Assembly: GCA_038213805.1 (NCBI GenBank)
Contig: JBBQSO010000023.1
Location: forward strand, 1 to 64,000
Reading direction: 5' to 3'
Source of the DNA: Planctomycetota bacterium
GTDB taxonomy: Bacteria > Planctomycetota > UBA11346
Length of the DNA: 64,000 bases
Positions 1 through 10,372 of the stretch are shown here, in pieces. A model generated the notes under the pieces. That model was given only the letters and a program-made list of their open reading frames with translations, was not told the DNA's origin and made no database searches. The translations under genes were made by a program, and so were the position numbers. How positions within the stretch are numbered: position 1 is the stretch's first letter; the number at the start of each line of letters is the position of its first letter.

Positions 1-1
1 C

Positions 2-673
2 CTGCTGCCGCCGCTGGTGGTGCGCACCGTGCAGCCCTTCGGCCTGATCATCGCGGAGCGCAGCGTCGGCGACGCCGAGGAGGTGCTGGTCTACCCCGCG
101 CTGGGCCGCGTGCGCCGCGACCTGCGCACGCGCCTCAACCAATGGCTGGAGAGCCGCGCCACCGCACCCGAGAGCGGCGACGACGAGCTTGCGCGGCTGC
201 GCGAGTATCGGCCCGGCGACCATCCGCACCGCATCCACTGGAAGGCCAGCGCGCGCCATCGCAGCCTGCTGGTGGCCGAGCGCCACGCGCCCGGCTGCCG
301 CCGCTTGGCGCTGGTGGTTGATACCAACGCGGTGCTCGACGGTCGGCGCTTTGAGCGCCTGATCGCGCTCGCGGCGACGCTGGTCGACCATTTTCTGCAG
401 CAGGGCTGGGCGCTCACCCTGCACGGCGCTTTCTGCGCGTCGGCGGAGACGCCCAGTGCGGGCATGGCCGGTGACCGCGCACGCTTGATGGAAGCACTCG
501 CGCTGGCCGGAGCGACCACCATCCCGGTGCAAGAGTTCATCCCGAACGGGCGCACCACCGTGGTGTTGAGCATCTCGGCATTTACGCCTGCGGAGAGCTG
601 GCCGCGACCGCTGGTGCTGACCCTGGCGGAATGCGAGCAGCTGGTGTGGTTGCCGCGGCGGTTGCGCGGCTGA
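2..673 (+). CDS. DUF58 domain protein (5' end lies before the window)
   Basis: The frame is open from the window edge. Motifs LREYRPGDHPHRIHWKASAR and LVVD are typical of DUF58. Confidence 0.85.
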   Translation: MLPPLVVRTVQPFGLIIAERSVGDAEEVLVYPALGRVRRDLRTRLNQWLESRATAPESGDDELARLREYRPGDHPHRIHWKASARHRSLLVAERHAPGCRRLALVVDTNAVLDGRRFERLIALAATLVDHFLQQGWALTLHGAFCASAETPSAGMAGDRARLMEALALAGATTIPVQEFIPNGRTTVVLSISAFTPAESWPRPLVLTLAECEQLVWLPRRLRG

Positions 674-677
674 CCGT

Positions 678-1283
678 TCAGGCAGGTGGAGAGGAGGAGC
701 CGGCATCGCCGAGTTCCTCGAACTGCGGATCAGCGGCCTGAGGCGGAGCCGCGGGCGGGGCGAGGTCGTCTGGTGTCGGCAGCGGCAGCGGCAGCGCGGC
801 TGTGCTGGCGACCCTGCCGGCCAGCTCGGTGCGCTCGCGCGCCTGGGCCTGCTCCACGAGTGCGACCAGCTCGGCGTAGACTGATGCCGCGCGGGCATGA
901 CGGAAGTGCCAACTCATGGTGGCCTTGGTGCGCTTGCCGAACACCGTCACGCGCACGTAGGGAATCAGGAACAGCGCGAGGAAGGGCAGGTTGGGCAGGA
1001 AAGCTATGAAGAACGCCGCCCATGAGGCGCCGGCGGACGAATCGAGGGCGAACAGCCAGATTACCAGGCCTATAAGCGTGCTGATGCCTGCCAGCCACAA
1101 GCCCCAACGGCTGTACTGGTTGTGCCTGGTGATGAGCAGCACGTCATTGAAGAACACCCGCTTAGTCTCGACGTCATAGCCTTCGAACTGGTCGACCTCG
1201 AGGCGGTCGGCGCACAGGAAGACCGACGACCGATCGCCGAACGAGATCAGATTTCCAAGGTGGCGGCGTGACGATGGGGTCAT
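678..1283 (-). CDS. Hypothetical membrane protein (2 TM segments), last gene of the MoxR cassette
   Basis: ATG at 1283 overlaps the upstream stop (ATGA). Two hydrophobic segments and a Pro-rich tail. Confidence 0.7.
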   Translation of the reverse strand: MTPSSRRHLGNLISFGDRSSVFLCADRLEVDQFEGYDVETKRVFFNDVLLITRHNQYSRWGLWLAGISTLIGLVIWLFALDSSAGASWAAFFIAFLPNLPFLALFLIPYVRVTVFGKRTKATMSWHFRHARAASVYAELVALVEQAQARERTELAGRVASTAALPLPLPTPDDLAPPAAPPQAADPQFEELGDAGSSSPPA

Positions 1284-1906
1284 TGCCGGATGACTCCGCA
1301 CACCATCAGGACGATGACCGCGACAGTGCCGCCGCCGAACAGGGATACCATCGCGCCGATGATGAGCGCGGTGATGCAGCGGGCACGGGAAATCGCGATG
1401 CCATCCTTGCGCTGGCGCAGGCCGCGGACCGCGTTCCACATCGCCAGTGGCCCCAGGACCAGGCCAGCGATCATGAACAACAACCCGACCACCGCGTAGG
1501 CCAGGGCGATGCGGCTGTGGTCGCGGTAGGTGCGCCGCGCGCTGGCCAGGACTCCTTCGCCGGCCAAGCGGTCGAAGCAGCCCGGGCACAGGGTCATGCC
1601 ATCGCTGTCGATGCGGCACAGCTGGCACATGAAAGTGCCGCAGCGCGAGCAGGAGGCCTCGGCGACATTCCGGGAATGCTTCGCGCACGGGGTGCCGGCG
1701 CCACCCACGCCGACCGGGGTGATGAGCATCGGCGCCGCATCGGCCACCGGCGTGAAGATCGTGGCCTGATAGCGCAGGCTGCAGCTGCGGCAGCGCTGCG
1801 CTCCGCTCTCTTGAAACTGCCGCGGTGCGGCCGTCCCGCAGGAGGGGCAGGCCGGCCCGATGTAGGAGCGCCGGACGCGCGGGCGGTTGCGAGCGGTCAC
1901 GGCCAT
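1280..1906 (-). CDS. Zinc-ribbon + B-box-like zinc finger membrane protein (DUF4190-like C-terminal TM pair)
   Basis: CPSC..CRSC ribbon, then CAKH..CSRC..CQLC..CPGC, then two hydrophobic helices. Start is uncertain. Confidence 0.75.
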   Translation of the reverse strand: MAVTARNRPRVRRSYIGPACPSCGTAAPRQFQESGAQRCRSCSLRYQATIFTPVADAAPMLITPVGVGGAGTPCAKHSRNVAEASCSRCGTFMCQLCRIDSDGMTLCPGCFDRLAGEGVLASARRTYRDHSRIALAYAVVGLLFMIAGLVLGPLAMWNAVRGLRQRKDGIAISRARCITALIIGAMVSLFGGGTVAVIVLMVCGVIRQ

Positions 1907-1914
1907 CCCAGGAC

Positions 1915-2080
1915 TAGCAGGGTGATGAAAAAGCTCGGCCGGCGCCGTGCCGGCCTTCCGACCTGTCTGACTGCGTTGGACGAAGTATGAAAATGCCCTG
2001 CATTTCCTGCGCTTCGTCCGCCTTGCCATCCAGGCCGGATGACCGGCGATGCTTGGTCGCCACTTTTCATCACCCTGTTA
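1915..2080. mobile_element. 166 bp MITE-like element with 17 bp terminal inverted repeats
   Basis: Left end TAGCAGGGTGATGAAAA (1915-1931) and right end TTTTCATCACCCTGTTA (2064-2080) match at 16/17 as inverted repeats. Internal inverted pair GGACGAAG...CTTCGTCC. No transposase. Confidence 0.75.
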
Positions 2081-2680
2081 GCGCTTCCAGGTGATGACGC
2101 GGGTCTTGGCGATACGGTCGTGGAGCGTGGTGCGCTCCTTGCTGAAGACCATCAGCGCGTCGATCAGGCCGAGGATGCGCGTCGCGCCCATGAGGATGCG
2201 CGAGACCGCGCGGCCCCAGGCCTGGCCGGCGCTGATGTTGCTGCCGTCGGGGCGCACGACCTTGGTCTTCGCCACCATCTTGCCCAGGGTCTGGCCGCGC
2301 GCGGTCAGCATCAGGGCTTCGTACGCCACGGCACCGACGCTGGGAATGATCATGATCGCCAGGGTCGTGCCGAGCGGCATCTCGCCCGCGCGGGCGCCCG
2401 ACTGGGCCGCCATCATGCCGAGCGGTATTGCGATGGCGAAGACCGGGATGACGAAGACCAGGCCATCGATGAACGCCCCGACGAAGCGGGCGCCGGGGCC
2501 TGCGAGCTCGAGATCTTCCTGGGTGCTACCGGACTTGATGTCCTGGACGCGCTCGTTCTTGCAGCCGGCGCAGACCGTCTGGCCCTGCAGGCTGATGACG
2601 CAGTCGGGGCAGAAGGATTTGCCGCATCGCGCGCAGGTCGAGAGATTAGCGACGACGTCGGGATGGTTTACGCATGGCAT
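2078..2680 (-). CDS. RDD family membrane protein with N-terminal B-box-like zinc finger
   Basis: CVNH..CARC..CPDC..CAGC N-terminus. RDD motifs RFVGAFID, GQTLGK and LHDRIAKTRV. Confidence 0.9.
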   Translation of the reverse strand: MPCVNHPDVVANLSTCARCGKSFCPDCVISLQGQTVCAGCKNERVQDIKSGSTQEDLELAGPGARFVGAFIDGLVFVIPVFAIAIPLGMMAAQSGARAGEMPLGTTLAIMIIPSVGAVAYEALMLTARGQTLGKMVAKTKVVRPDGSNISAGQAWGRAVSRILMGATRILGLIDALMVFSKERTTLHDRIAKTRVITWKR

Positions 2681-2769
2681 GGTCGAGGTTCCCTGGGGAG
2701 TTTCGGAGCGCTGTTCCTAGCGCCTGCGACACTGTCGCGCAATGCTGCGTTTGGCCCCTGCGCCTGCGC

Positions 2770-3510
2770 TCAACCCTTCGCCACGAAGCACAGCGCGACC
2801 AGCCCGCGCACCAGGTTCTCGCCGCTGAGGCGATCCTGGTCGATGCCCAGGCGCTGGCGGTAGTGGTCGCCGACGCGTTCGAACAGCGCGTAGCGTGCCC
2901 CCTCTTCCAGGCCGTCGCGGCGCATCACCAGGGCGAGCAGGAATTCGCGCTCCTCGAGGCCGATGCGGTGGGCGAGCTGGCGGCGCAGGCGTGGCGTGTC
3001 GAGGCTGTTCTGCCTCCAGGTGTTGAGCACAGCGGGATCGGGTGCGGGGGGCTGGCGCTCCTCGACCACCAGGGTGTCGGCGACCAGATCGCCGAGCCGG
3101 CGGCGGTGGCGGTCGAGCAGGCAGACCGCCATGCCCAGGCCGCCTAGAGGCACCATGTCGAGCGCGCGCACCACGTTGCGCACCAGCGATTGGCGCACGT
3201 CGATGGGCAGGCCGCGGCCGTCGACGACGCGCAGCGAGAGCATGCGCTTGCCCAACGACTGGCCGGCGTGGGCAACTTCGAAGTAGACGTGGTAACCCCA
3301 CAGGATCACGAATCCGGCGGTGGTGGACACCAGGGCGGCCAACGCGTCGGGCAGCAGCAGCTTGACGACGGTGTTCATCACGCCGATCACGCCGAGGATG
3401 AGCAGCAGGTCGATGACGAAGGCGGCAAAGCGCCGCCCGAAGCCCGCCGCGACCAGGTGCACGGCGACGTGTTCCGGGGTGTGTACCACCACTGCTTGCG
3501 CGCGGCTCAT
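2770..3510 (-). CDS. RDD family protein
   Basis: TPEHV, RRFAAFVID, GQSLGKR, RRLGDLVADTLVV. ATGA overlap with the upstream gene. Confidence 0.9.
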   Translation of the reverse strand: MSRAQAVVVHTPEHVAVHLVAAGFGRRFAAFVIDLLLILGVIGVMNTVVKLLLPDALAALVSTTAGFVILWGYHVYFEVAHAGQSLGKRMLSLRVVDGRGLPIDVRQSLVRNVVRALDMVPLGGLGMAVCLLDRHRRRLGDLVADTLVVEERQPPAPDPAVLNTWRQNSLDTPRLRRQLAHRIGLEEREFLLALVMRRDGLEEGARYALFERVGDHYRQRLGIDQDRLSGENLVRGLVALCFVAKG

Positions 3511-4544
3511 GGCCGGCTCCGGCGGGGCGCACGGAACAGCCACAGGCACAGCCCGGTGAAGAGCGTGACCGCGACTGCGATCTTGAGGGCATAGGACACG
3601 GTCTTGGCCGAGAACTGGCTGAAGGAGCCTTCGATCAGACCGGCCGCGACCAGGACCAAAGCACTGGTCAGTAGCATGCGCCACACCGGCGTGAAGGCTG
3701 CGCGCACCGATGCACCAGCGCCGATGTCGCCGGGCAGCAGCAGCGCCTGGCCCATGCGCAAACCGGCGGCGGCGGCGAAGACGATCGCCGGGAGTTCGAG
3801 CGCGCCGTGCGGGCCGACCCAGGCGATGAAGAAGGTGCCGACGCCGTCACGCAGGTACATCGCCGCGAGCGCTCCGACGATCATGCCGTTGTAGAACAGC
3901 AGCATCCAGCCGCCGATCAAGGTCAGCGCGCCGAGGCTGAAGGCGAGGAACGAGACCTGGATGTTGTGGGTGTAGAGGAACGAGCCGAAGGCGGCGGCGC
4001 GGTGCATGGAGTCGATACGCTCCTCCTTGCCCTCGATCTCGGCGACGCGCTGCGCCGGGCTTTGGGAGAAGAATTCCTGCGGGATCAGCGCCGGGGCGTT
4101 GCCGGGATCGCCAAGGACCGCGAGCAGGCCGGTCAGCGCGCCAAGGACCAGGGCCAGGGCCGCGCCCAGCACCCAGCGTCGCTCGGCGCGGAAGCTCGCC
4201 GGCGCATCCTCGACCAGGAAGCGGCGCAGCGCCGGCCACCAGCCGCCGCGCTCCTGGCCGGCCTGGCTGTAGACCACGCGGTAGGCGCGGCCGACCAGCT
4301 GGTTGAGCTGGCCGAGCAGTTCGGGGTTGGCGGTGTAGGTGCGCGCCTGGTTGAGGTCGGAGCAGGCCAGCCGGTAGAGCCGCACCAATTCGAGGATGGT
4401 ATCGCGGCCGAGCTGGCGGGTGGGCGCGTCGGCGATCACCGTCAGCAGCTGTTCGAGTTCGCGCCAGCGCGGGCGGCGCGCACTGATGAAGCCCTCGATG
4501 TCGAGGCCGCCACCGGCGCGCCGCAGTCCGGGTCCGGTGCTCAT
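3507..4544 (-). CDS. SpoIIM/DUF95 family membrane protein
   Basis: RWRELEQLL N-terminus, HNIQVSF, YNG, PHGALELPAI and AGLIEG motifs, with multiple TM segments. Confidence 0.9.
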   Translation of the reverse strand: MSTGPGLRRAGGGLDIEGFISARRPRWRELEQLLTVIADAPTRQLGRDTILELVRLYRLACSDLNQARTYTANPELLGQLNQLVGRAYRVVYSQAGQERGGWWPALRRFLVEDAPASFRAERRWVLGAALALVLGALTGLLAVLGDPGNAPALIPQEFFSQSPAQRVAEIEGKEERIDSMHRAAAFGSFLYTHNIQVSFLAFSLGALTLIGGWMLLFYNGMIVGALAAMYLRDGVGTFFIAWVGPHGALELPAIVFAAAAGLRMGQALLLPGDIGAGASVRAAFTPVWRMLLTSALVLVAAGLIEGSFSQFSAKTVSYALKIAVAVTLFTGLCLWLFRAPRRSRP

Positions 4545-5860
4545 AGCAGCTGCCTGCGCTTGACGTCGAGGTAGGCGTTGACCGCCGCCACGCCGAGGTC
4601 GTCGGGTGCGGTCTCGACCACCAGCGCGCCGAGCTGGCGCAGCTCCTTGACCAGTTGGCGGCGGCCGTCGACGAGGTCTGCCGCGACCAGGGTGCGGCAC
4701 AATTCACGACGGTCGGCAGGGCTGGTGGCGGCGACCGCATCGAGCACCGGGTCGGTCATCACCATGATCAGCGGTAGATGACGCGGCACCAGCATGCGCA
4801 CCGCGCTGAGCAGTTCGCCGTGGTCGCCGCGCTCGGGCAGCACGGTGGCGACCAGGATCAAGGTGCGCTGGCGCAGGCGGCGGCGCAGGTGCGCGGCGAG
4901 AGCGCGGTAGTCGGTGTGCAGCCAGCGCTCCTCAACCGCAGTGGCGAAGGCGGTCAGGCGCGCGAGGTGGGCGGATCCGCGCCCCTGCGGCACGCCACGG
5001 TCGACCTCGGCGGCGAAGGCGAGCATGCCGACGCGGTCCTCGCTGCGGTTGCACAGCCAGGCGGTGAGCACGGCGGCGTCGAGCGCGTGGTCGGTGCGCG
5101 TCAGCCAGCCGCGCGGGCCGGCGACGCGCGCCGCCATGCGGTGGCCGGCGTCGATGCACAGCAGCACGTCCTGGGAGCGTTCGACACGGAATTCGCGCAC
5201 GATCATCTGCCCGCGCCGCGCCGAGGCCTTCCATGCCAGGTGACGCCAGTCGTCGCCCTGCACGTATTCGCGCAGGCGGTCGAACTCGCGGCCCTGGCCG
5301 ACGCGCGGCGCCAGGCGCGTGCCCATGCCGCGTAGGAACAGCGCGTCGAGCTGGCGGCGCAGGCGGCGCACCCCACCGAGGTCAGGCAGCACTGCGACGG
5401 TGGCCGCACCACCGGCGGCGGCGGCGCGCTCAGCCAACCCGAAGCGCGTCCACGCCGCAACCGCGGCGGGCAGCTGCGCCTGGCCGCGCTTGCGAGCGTG
5501 GGCGATGAACGGCAGGGCCAGGCCCTGGCCGGGGGCGCAGCGGCCGCCCGCGCTCGCCGAACCGCCGCCGAGCTCGGGCGGCAGCACGCAGCGCACGGTC
5601 AATGTCAGCACCGCCGCCGCGTCGTGGGTGGCGGTCGCGGCGAGGTCGATGCCCTGGCCGAGCGGCACGGCGAGCTGCGCCGGACGCACCACGCGCACGC
5701 GCACCCGCCCCAGCCAGCGCGCCTCGGCCGCGGCCAGGCCGAGCACCGCCAGCGCCGCGCCGAGCGCGAGCAGCCCGGCCGGCGGCCACCACGGCGCGGC
5801 CAGCGCCGGGATGGCGATGGCGCCGAGCAGCGGCAGCAGGCGTGGTCCGGGACGGATCAT
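4541..5860 (-). CDS. DUF58 domain protein with N-terminal TM segments
   Basis: GREFDRLREYVQGDDWRHLAWKASAR, IDAGHRM and the C-terminus YLDVKRRQLL. Confidence 0.9.
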   Translation of the reverse strand: MIRPGPRLLPLLGAIAIPALAAPWWPPAGLLALGAALAVLGLAAAEARWLGRVRVRVVRPAQLAVPLGQGIDLAATATHDAAAVLTLTVRCVLPPELGGGSASAGGRCAPGQGLALPFIAHARKRGQAQLPAAVAAWTRFGLAERAAAAGGAATVAVLPDLGGVRRLRRQLDALFLRGMGTRLAPRVGQGREFDRLREYVQGDDWRHLAWKASARRGQMIVREFRVERSQDVLLCIDAGHRMAARVAGPRGWLTRTDHALDAAVLTAWLCNRSEDRVGMLAFAAEVDRGVPQGRGSAHLARLTAFATAVEERWLHTDYRALAAHLRRRLRQRTLILVATVLPERGDHGELLSAVRMLVPRHLPLIMVMTDPVLDAVAATSPADRRELCRTLVAADLVDGRRQLVKELRQLGALVVETAPDDLGVAAVNAYLDVKRRQLL

Positions 5861-5876
5861 GGCGTGCGCTCCGCGC

Positions 5877-6813
<937 letters not shown>

Positions 6814-6839
<26 letters not shown>

Positions 6840-8061
6840 CGCGGAAACTCCTGAAGGCTTTGGTGAGGCGGTGCATGAGGACGCTGAAATCGCCGGCCGA
6901 GGGTTCGCCGGGGGGCAGGCGCAGGCCGCCGGTAAGGCGCTCGACGGTGGCGCGCGCGGCAAGTGGGCGCTGGCCGGTGCGCAGGATGACCTCGCGCAGC
7001 AGGCGCTGGCGATAGAGGTCGAGGGCGTCGCGGCGCGAGAGCGCGCGCAGATAAAGTCCGGCGAGGGCATCGACGCCCTCGACAGCCTCGGAGCGCACGT
7101 CGCGCCAGGGGTCGGAGACTTGACCGAGGATGGCGCGACGGCGCCAGAACCACAGCGCGGCGACCAGCGCGCCGATGCCCACCAACGGGCCGAGCGCGTG
7201 CCGGCGTAACAGCTCGAGCGCGCCGAGGGCGTCGTCGACACCGTGCGCATGCTCGTCGAACCACACCGGGCGATGCTCGCCGACCAGCGCCAGCAGCAGG
7301 GCAAGGTGGTCGGCCTCGGCGAGGTGGGCGTTGCTCAACACCTCGGGGCAGGCCAGCACCCACACGTCGCCCGCGCCGACGGCGCGGCGCATGACCAGGG
7401 GCTGGCCGCCCTGCGCCACCACCGTGACCGCCTGCGCCAGGGTGCGGCCGTCGAGAACGCGCGGGGTGGATGGAAGCAGGTGCGCAACACCCGGCAGGAG
7501 CGGCAGCACCGGCATCGCCAACCCGGGACCGGGCGCAGCGATGGCAAGGCCGCCCCACGGGGCATCGACGGCCACGACCAGGCGCCCGCCACCTTCCAGC
7601 CAACGCTCCTCGCCGGGCGTCAGCAGCGTCTGACGATTCTCCGGGGTGGCGTCCGCGGGGTCGCCCGCGTCGTCGTCATCGTCGTTTTTGGAGTCGGTCT
7701 TTTCCTGCGGTCTGTCATCGGCGGGCGCGGTTTGCGGCGCATCTTTACCATGCGGCGCGCCCTTCCCTTCGCTGGCATCCTTGCCCGCGAGCAGCCGCGC
7801 CATCCAGCCGGCCCCGACGGCCGGCTGGATGCGCAGCACCACGCCCCGTTGCGGCAGCGCTGCGTGCTCGATGGTTCGCCCGAGCAGCGCCGTGTCGTGG
7901 CCGCTGCCGGCAAGGTAGGCGCGCGCCAGTGACAAGCCGGCGCCATTGCTGTCGAGGCTCGATCCCGGGCCGTGCGGACGATCGCCGCGGCGACCCTCGC
8001 CACCCAGCCAAGCGAGGCAGATACCGACGAAGAGCAGGGCGGTGAGCGCCAGCCACCTCAT
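6814..8061 (-). CDS. DUF4350-like membrane-anchored protein
   Basis: N-terminal hydrophobic segment, [26 protein letters not shown] and a C-terminal TM. Usual position upstream of moxR. Confidence 0.75.
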
Positions 8062-9086
8062 GACCGCGGCCCCGGGGCACGCAGCCGCGCGAGCAGGCCC
8101 TGGGCGGCGTCGGCGAAGGCGCGCGCGGCCTCGCCGTCGTCGCGGCCGCCGTACCAGGCGTGATCGAAGGCGCGCGTGAGTTCGTGGAAGCCACCCCGCC
8201 AGCTCAGCTCGCTGGAGATCGCCAGGGCGTATTCCCAGTTGGTGCGGCCGATGCGGTGGTGGATCAGCCCGAAGCTCCAGCATTCGACGAGCAGGGCGTG
8301 GTACCAGGCGCGGATGGCCTCGCGGTAGCGCCCCTGGCGGGCCAGATCCTGGGCGAAGGCCACCCATTCGTCAGCGGCGCGCGAGCGCGGATCAGCATCG
8401 GCCTGGGCCGGCAGCGCAGTGCCGGTGACGGTCGGCAGCGCTGGCGCGCGACGGCGCCAGGCGACCAGGGCAAGCACCGTCGCCAGTGCGACCAGGGCGC
8501 CGACCACGATGAAGGTCAGCACCGAGACGCCCGATTGCGAACCGTGATGCGTGGCATCGCGATTCTGGAACCAGCTGCCGAGCCAGTCGAACAGGTCGCC
8601 GATGCGGTCGCCAAGCCAGCTCAGCGCGCGCCGCACGCGCTCCAGGAAACCAACGGGCAGATTGGCGGGATCGAGGCCGCCCGCCACCTCGCCGCCGCTG
8701 CGCAAGTCGGCCCGCGCGGCGCGCGCCGCAAGTTCGGCCAGGGCGGCCGCATCCGCGCCCTGAGCGCTGCCGGCGGGCGGGCCCGCGACCAGCGACCCGA
8801 CCGCCGTGACGAGTGCGGCGGCGCGTTCGCCCGCCTTGCCCAGCTCGCCGGCGCGGACCAGGACGAGCAGGGTCGGATCACCAAGCAGCTCGCCGCCCGG
8901 CCACGCCACGCGCAGCGCGGCGAGATCTTCGGCCAGGGCGGTGGCGCGCGCCTGGTCGCCTGCGGTAAGCGCGGCGGCGAACGCGGCGATGCGCGCGCGG
9001 TAGGCGACCGGCGCCAACGCCTCGGCCCCGGGCAGCGCACCCAGCCAGGCGAGCAGAACAAGCAGCGTTGGCAGCAGGCGCATCAT
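8058..9086 (-). CDS. DUF4129 domain membrane protein
   Basis: Signal peptide and one TM. Motifs GRYREAIR, RTNWEY and FDHAWYGG. Confidence 0.85.
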   Translation of the reverse strand: MMRLLPTLLVLLAWLGALPGAEALAPVAYRARIAAFAAALTAGDQARATALAEDLAALRVAWPGGELLGDPTLLVLVRAGELGKAGERAAALVTAVGSLVAGPPAGSAQGADAAALAELAARAARADLRSGGEVAGGLDPANLPVGFLERVRRALSWLGDRIGDLFDWLGSWFQNRDATHHGSQSGVSVLTFIVVGALVALATVLALVAWRRRAPALPTVTGTALPAQADADPRSRAADEWVAFAQDLARQGRYREAIRAWYHALLVECWSFGLIHHRIGRTNWEYALAISSELSWRGGFHELTRAFDHAWYGGRDDGEAARAFADAAQGLLARLRAPGPRS

Positions 9087-9901
9087 GGCGCGCCCTCGTG
9101 CCGGGAGAGATCACCGAACCATTGGCGCAGATCCTCGCCGTCGCGGCGCGCGCGCGCCTGCAGGGCGGACACTGTCAGCGCGGCGATCCAGAAGGGCTCC
9201 AGCAGCAGAGTGGCGCCGGCGAGCAGCTGGATGACGTAGAGCGGCCGCGACAGGTCCAGGAGGGCGTGCCACTGGACCAGATCGATGCCGCCGGCCCCGC
9301 CGGCGAGCCACAGGCAGGCCTGGGCTGCGAAGTGCAGGTTGAAGAAGGCGAGCGCCATGGCGAGGGTGAAGCCGAAGCCGAGCACCAGGATGGGCAGTGG
9401 CCGGGCCACCGTGCCGAGGGCGCGCAGCGGCGCGACCAGGCCGGCGCCGCAACCCGCGGCGGCGCTGACGGCGAACGCAGCCAGCGCGGCGATCAACCAC
9501 GCGCTGACCACGCTCCACAGCAGGGACCAGAACAGCAGCTCGAGCAGCAGCGCGAGGTAGATGTGGGCAAGCAGGTCGGCAGGCGGCACACGCAGCACGC
9601 CACGCACGCTCACGCGGCCGCCATCGGCGTGGCTGCGGCAGGCGCGTACGAACCAGTGGCGACCGACCAGCGACACCGTCCAGGCGGCGAGCGCGAGCAG
9701 CGCAAGACTGGCGAGCGCATCGGCGTGGTGGCGGGCCTCGTCGCCGAGCAGCCACACCTGCCAGATCAGGTAGGCGGTCAGCAGCCGCACCGGCAAGGCG
9801 GTGGCGATCAGCAGCGCCGACCAGCCGGGGAGGGCGCGCACCAGCTCGGCGCCGCGGCCGAGGGCATCGAGAGCGGCGCCGGCGCCGCTGCGCGCGCTCA
9901 T
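9083..9901 (-). CDS. Polytopic membrane protein of the MoxR cassette
   Basis: Several hydrophobic helices. C-terminal RARRDGEDL. ATGA overlaps on both sides. Confidence 0.75.
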   Translation of the reverse strand: MSARSGAGAALDALGRGAELVRALPGWSALLIATALPVRLLTAYLIWQVWLLGDEARHHADALASLALLALAAWTVSLVGRHWFVRACRSHADGGRVSVRGVLRVPPADLLAHIYLALLLELLFWSLLWSVVSAWLIAALAAFAVSAAAGCGAGLVAPLRALGTVARPLPILVLGFGFTLAMALAFFNLHFAAQACLWLAGGAGGIDLVQWHALLDLSRPLYVIQLLAGATLLLEPFWIAALTVSALQARARRDGEDLRQWFGDLSRHEGAP

Positions 9902-10185
9902 CGCCAGCCGCCGAGCAGGACCACCGCCCACACCATCAGCCGCGCGCAAAGCAGGAACAGCGCCAGGCTGGCCGCGGCCATCGCCAGGCCGGCCACGATC
10001 CGCCGCCACGGCCCGGCCTGCCCGGCCACGGCGTGGGTCTTGGCCAGGCACGGCCGGCAGTAATTGATGCCGTCGCGCGTGGTCGCGCATTCTTGGCAGA
10101 CCACCAGCCGGCAGGACATGCACAGCGCGAAACCAGCACGTTCGGGATGATGGGCGCAGATCCGCGCACCTTGGGCCAGCGCCAT
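9898..10185 (-). CDS. Small B-box-like zinc finger membrane protein (95 aa)
   Basis: CAHH..CMSC..CQEC..CRPC followed by a hydrophobic C-terminus. GAGG upstream of the ATG. Confidence 0.75.
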   Translation of the reverse strand: MALAQGARICAHHPERAGFALCMSCRLVVCQECATTRDGINYCRPCLAKTHAVAGQAGPWRRIVAGLAMAAASLALFLLCARLMVWAVVLLGGWR

Positions 10186-10372
10186 GGAACCTACCTCTCG
10201 AACGGTTCTTGTCGCGGCGGGGCCCCAAAAGCAAGGGCGGGCGACGCTGAGCGGGTGGACAGCTGCGGCATGACCGACACCACCTGAAGGTGGCCTGTTT
10301 CCCCCCTGGCGGGTGACGGCCGCGCTGCCCATGCTGATGCGAGCGGTCCGGGGCACCCGGCCGCAGCACCCC

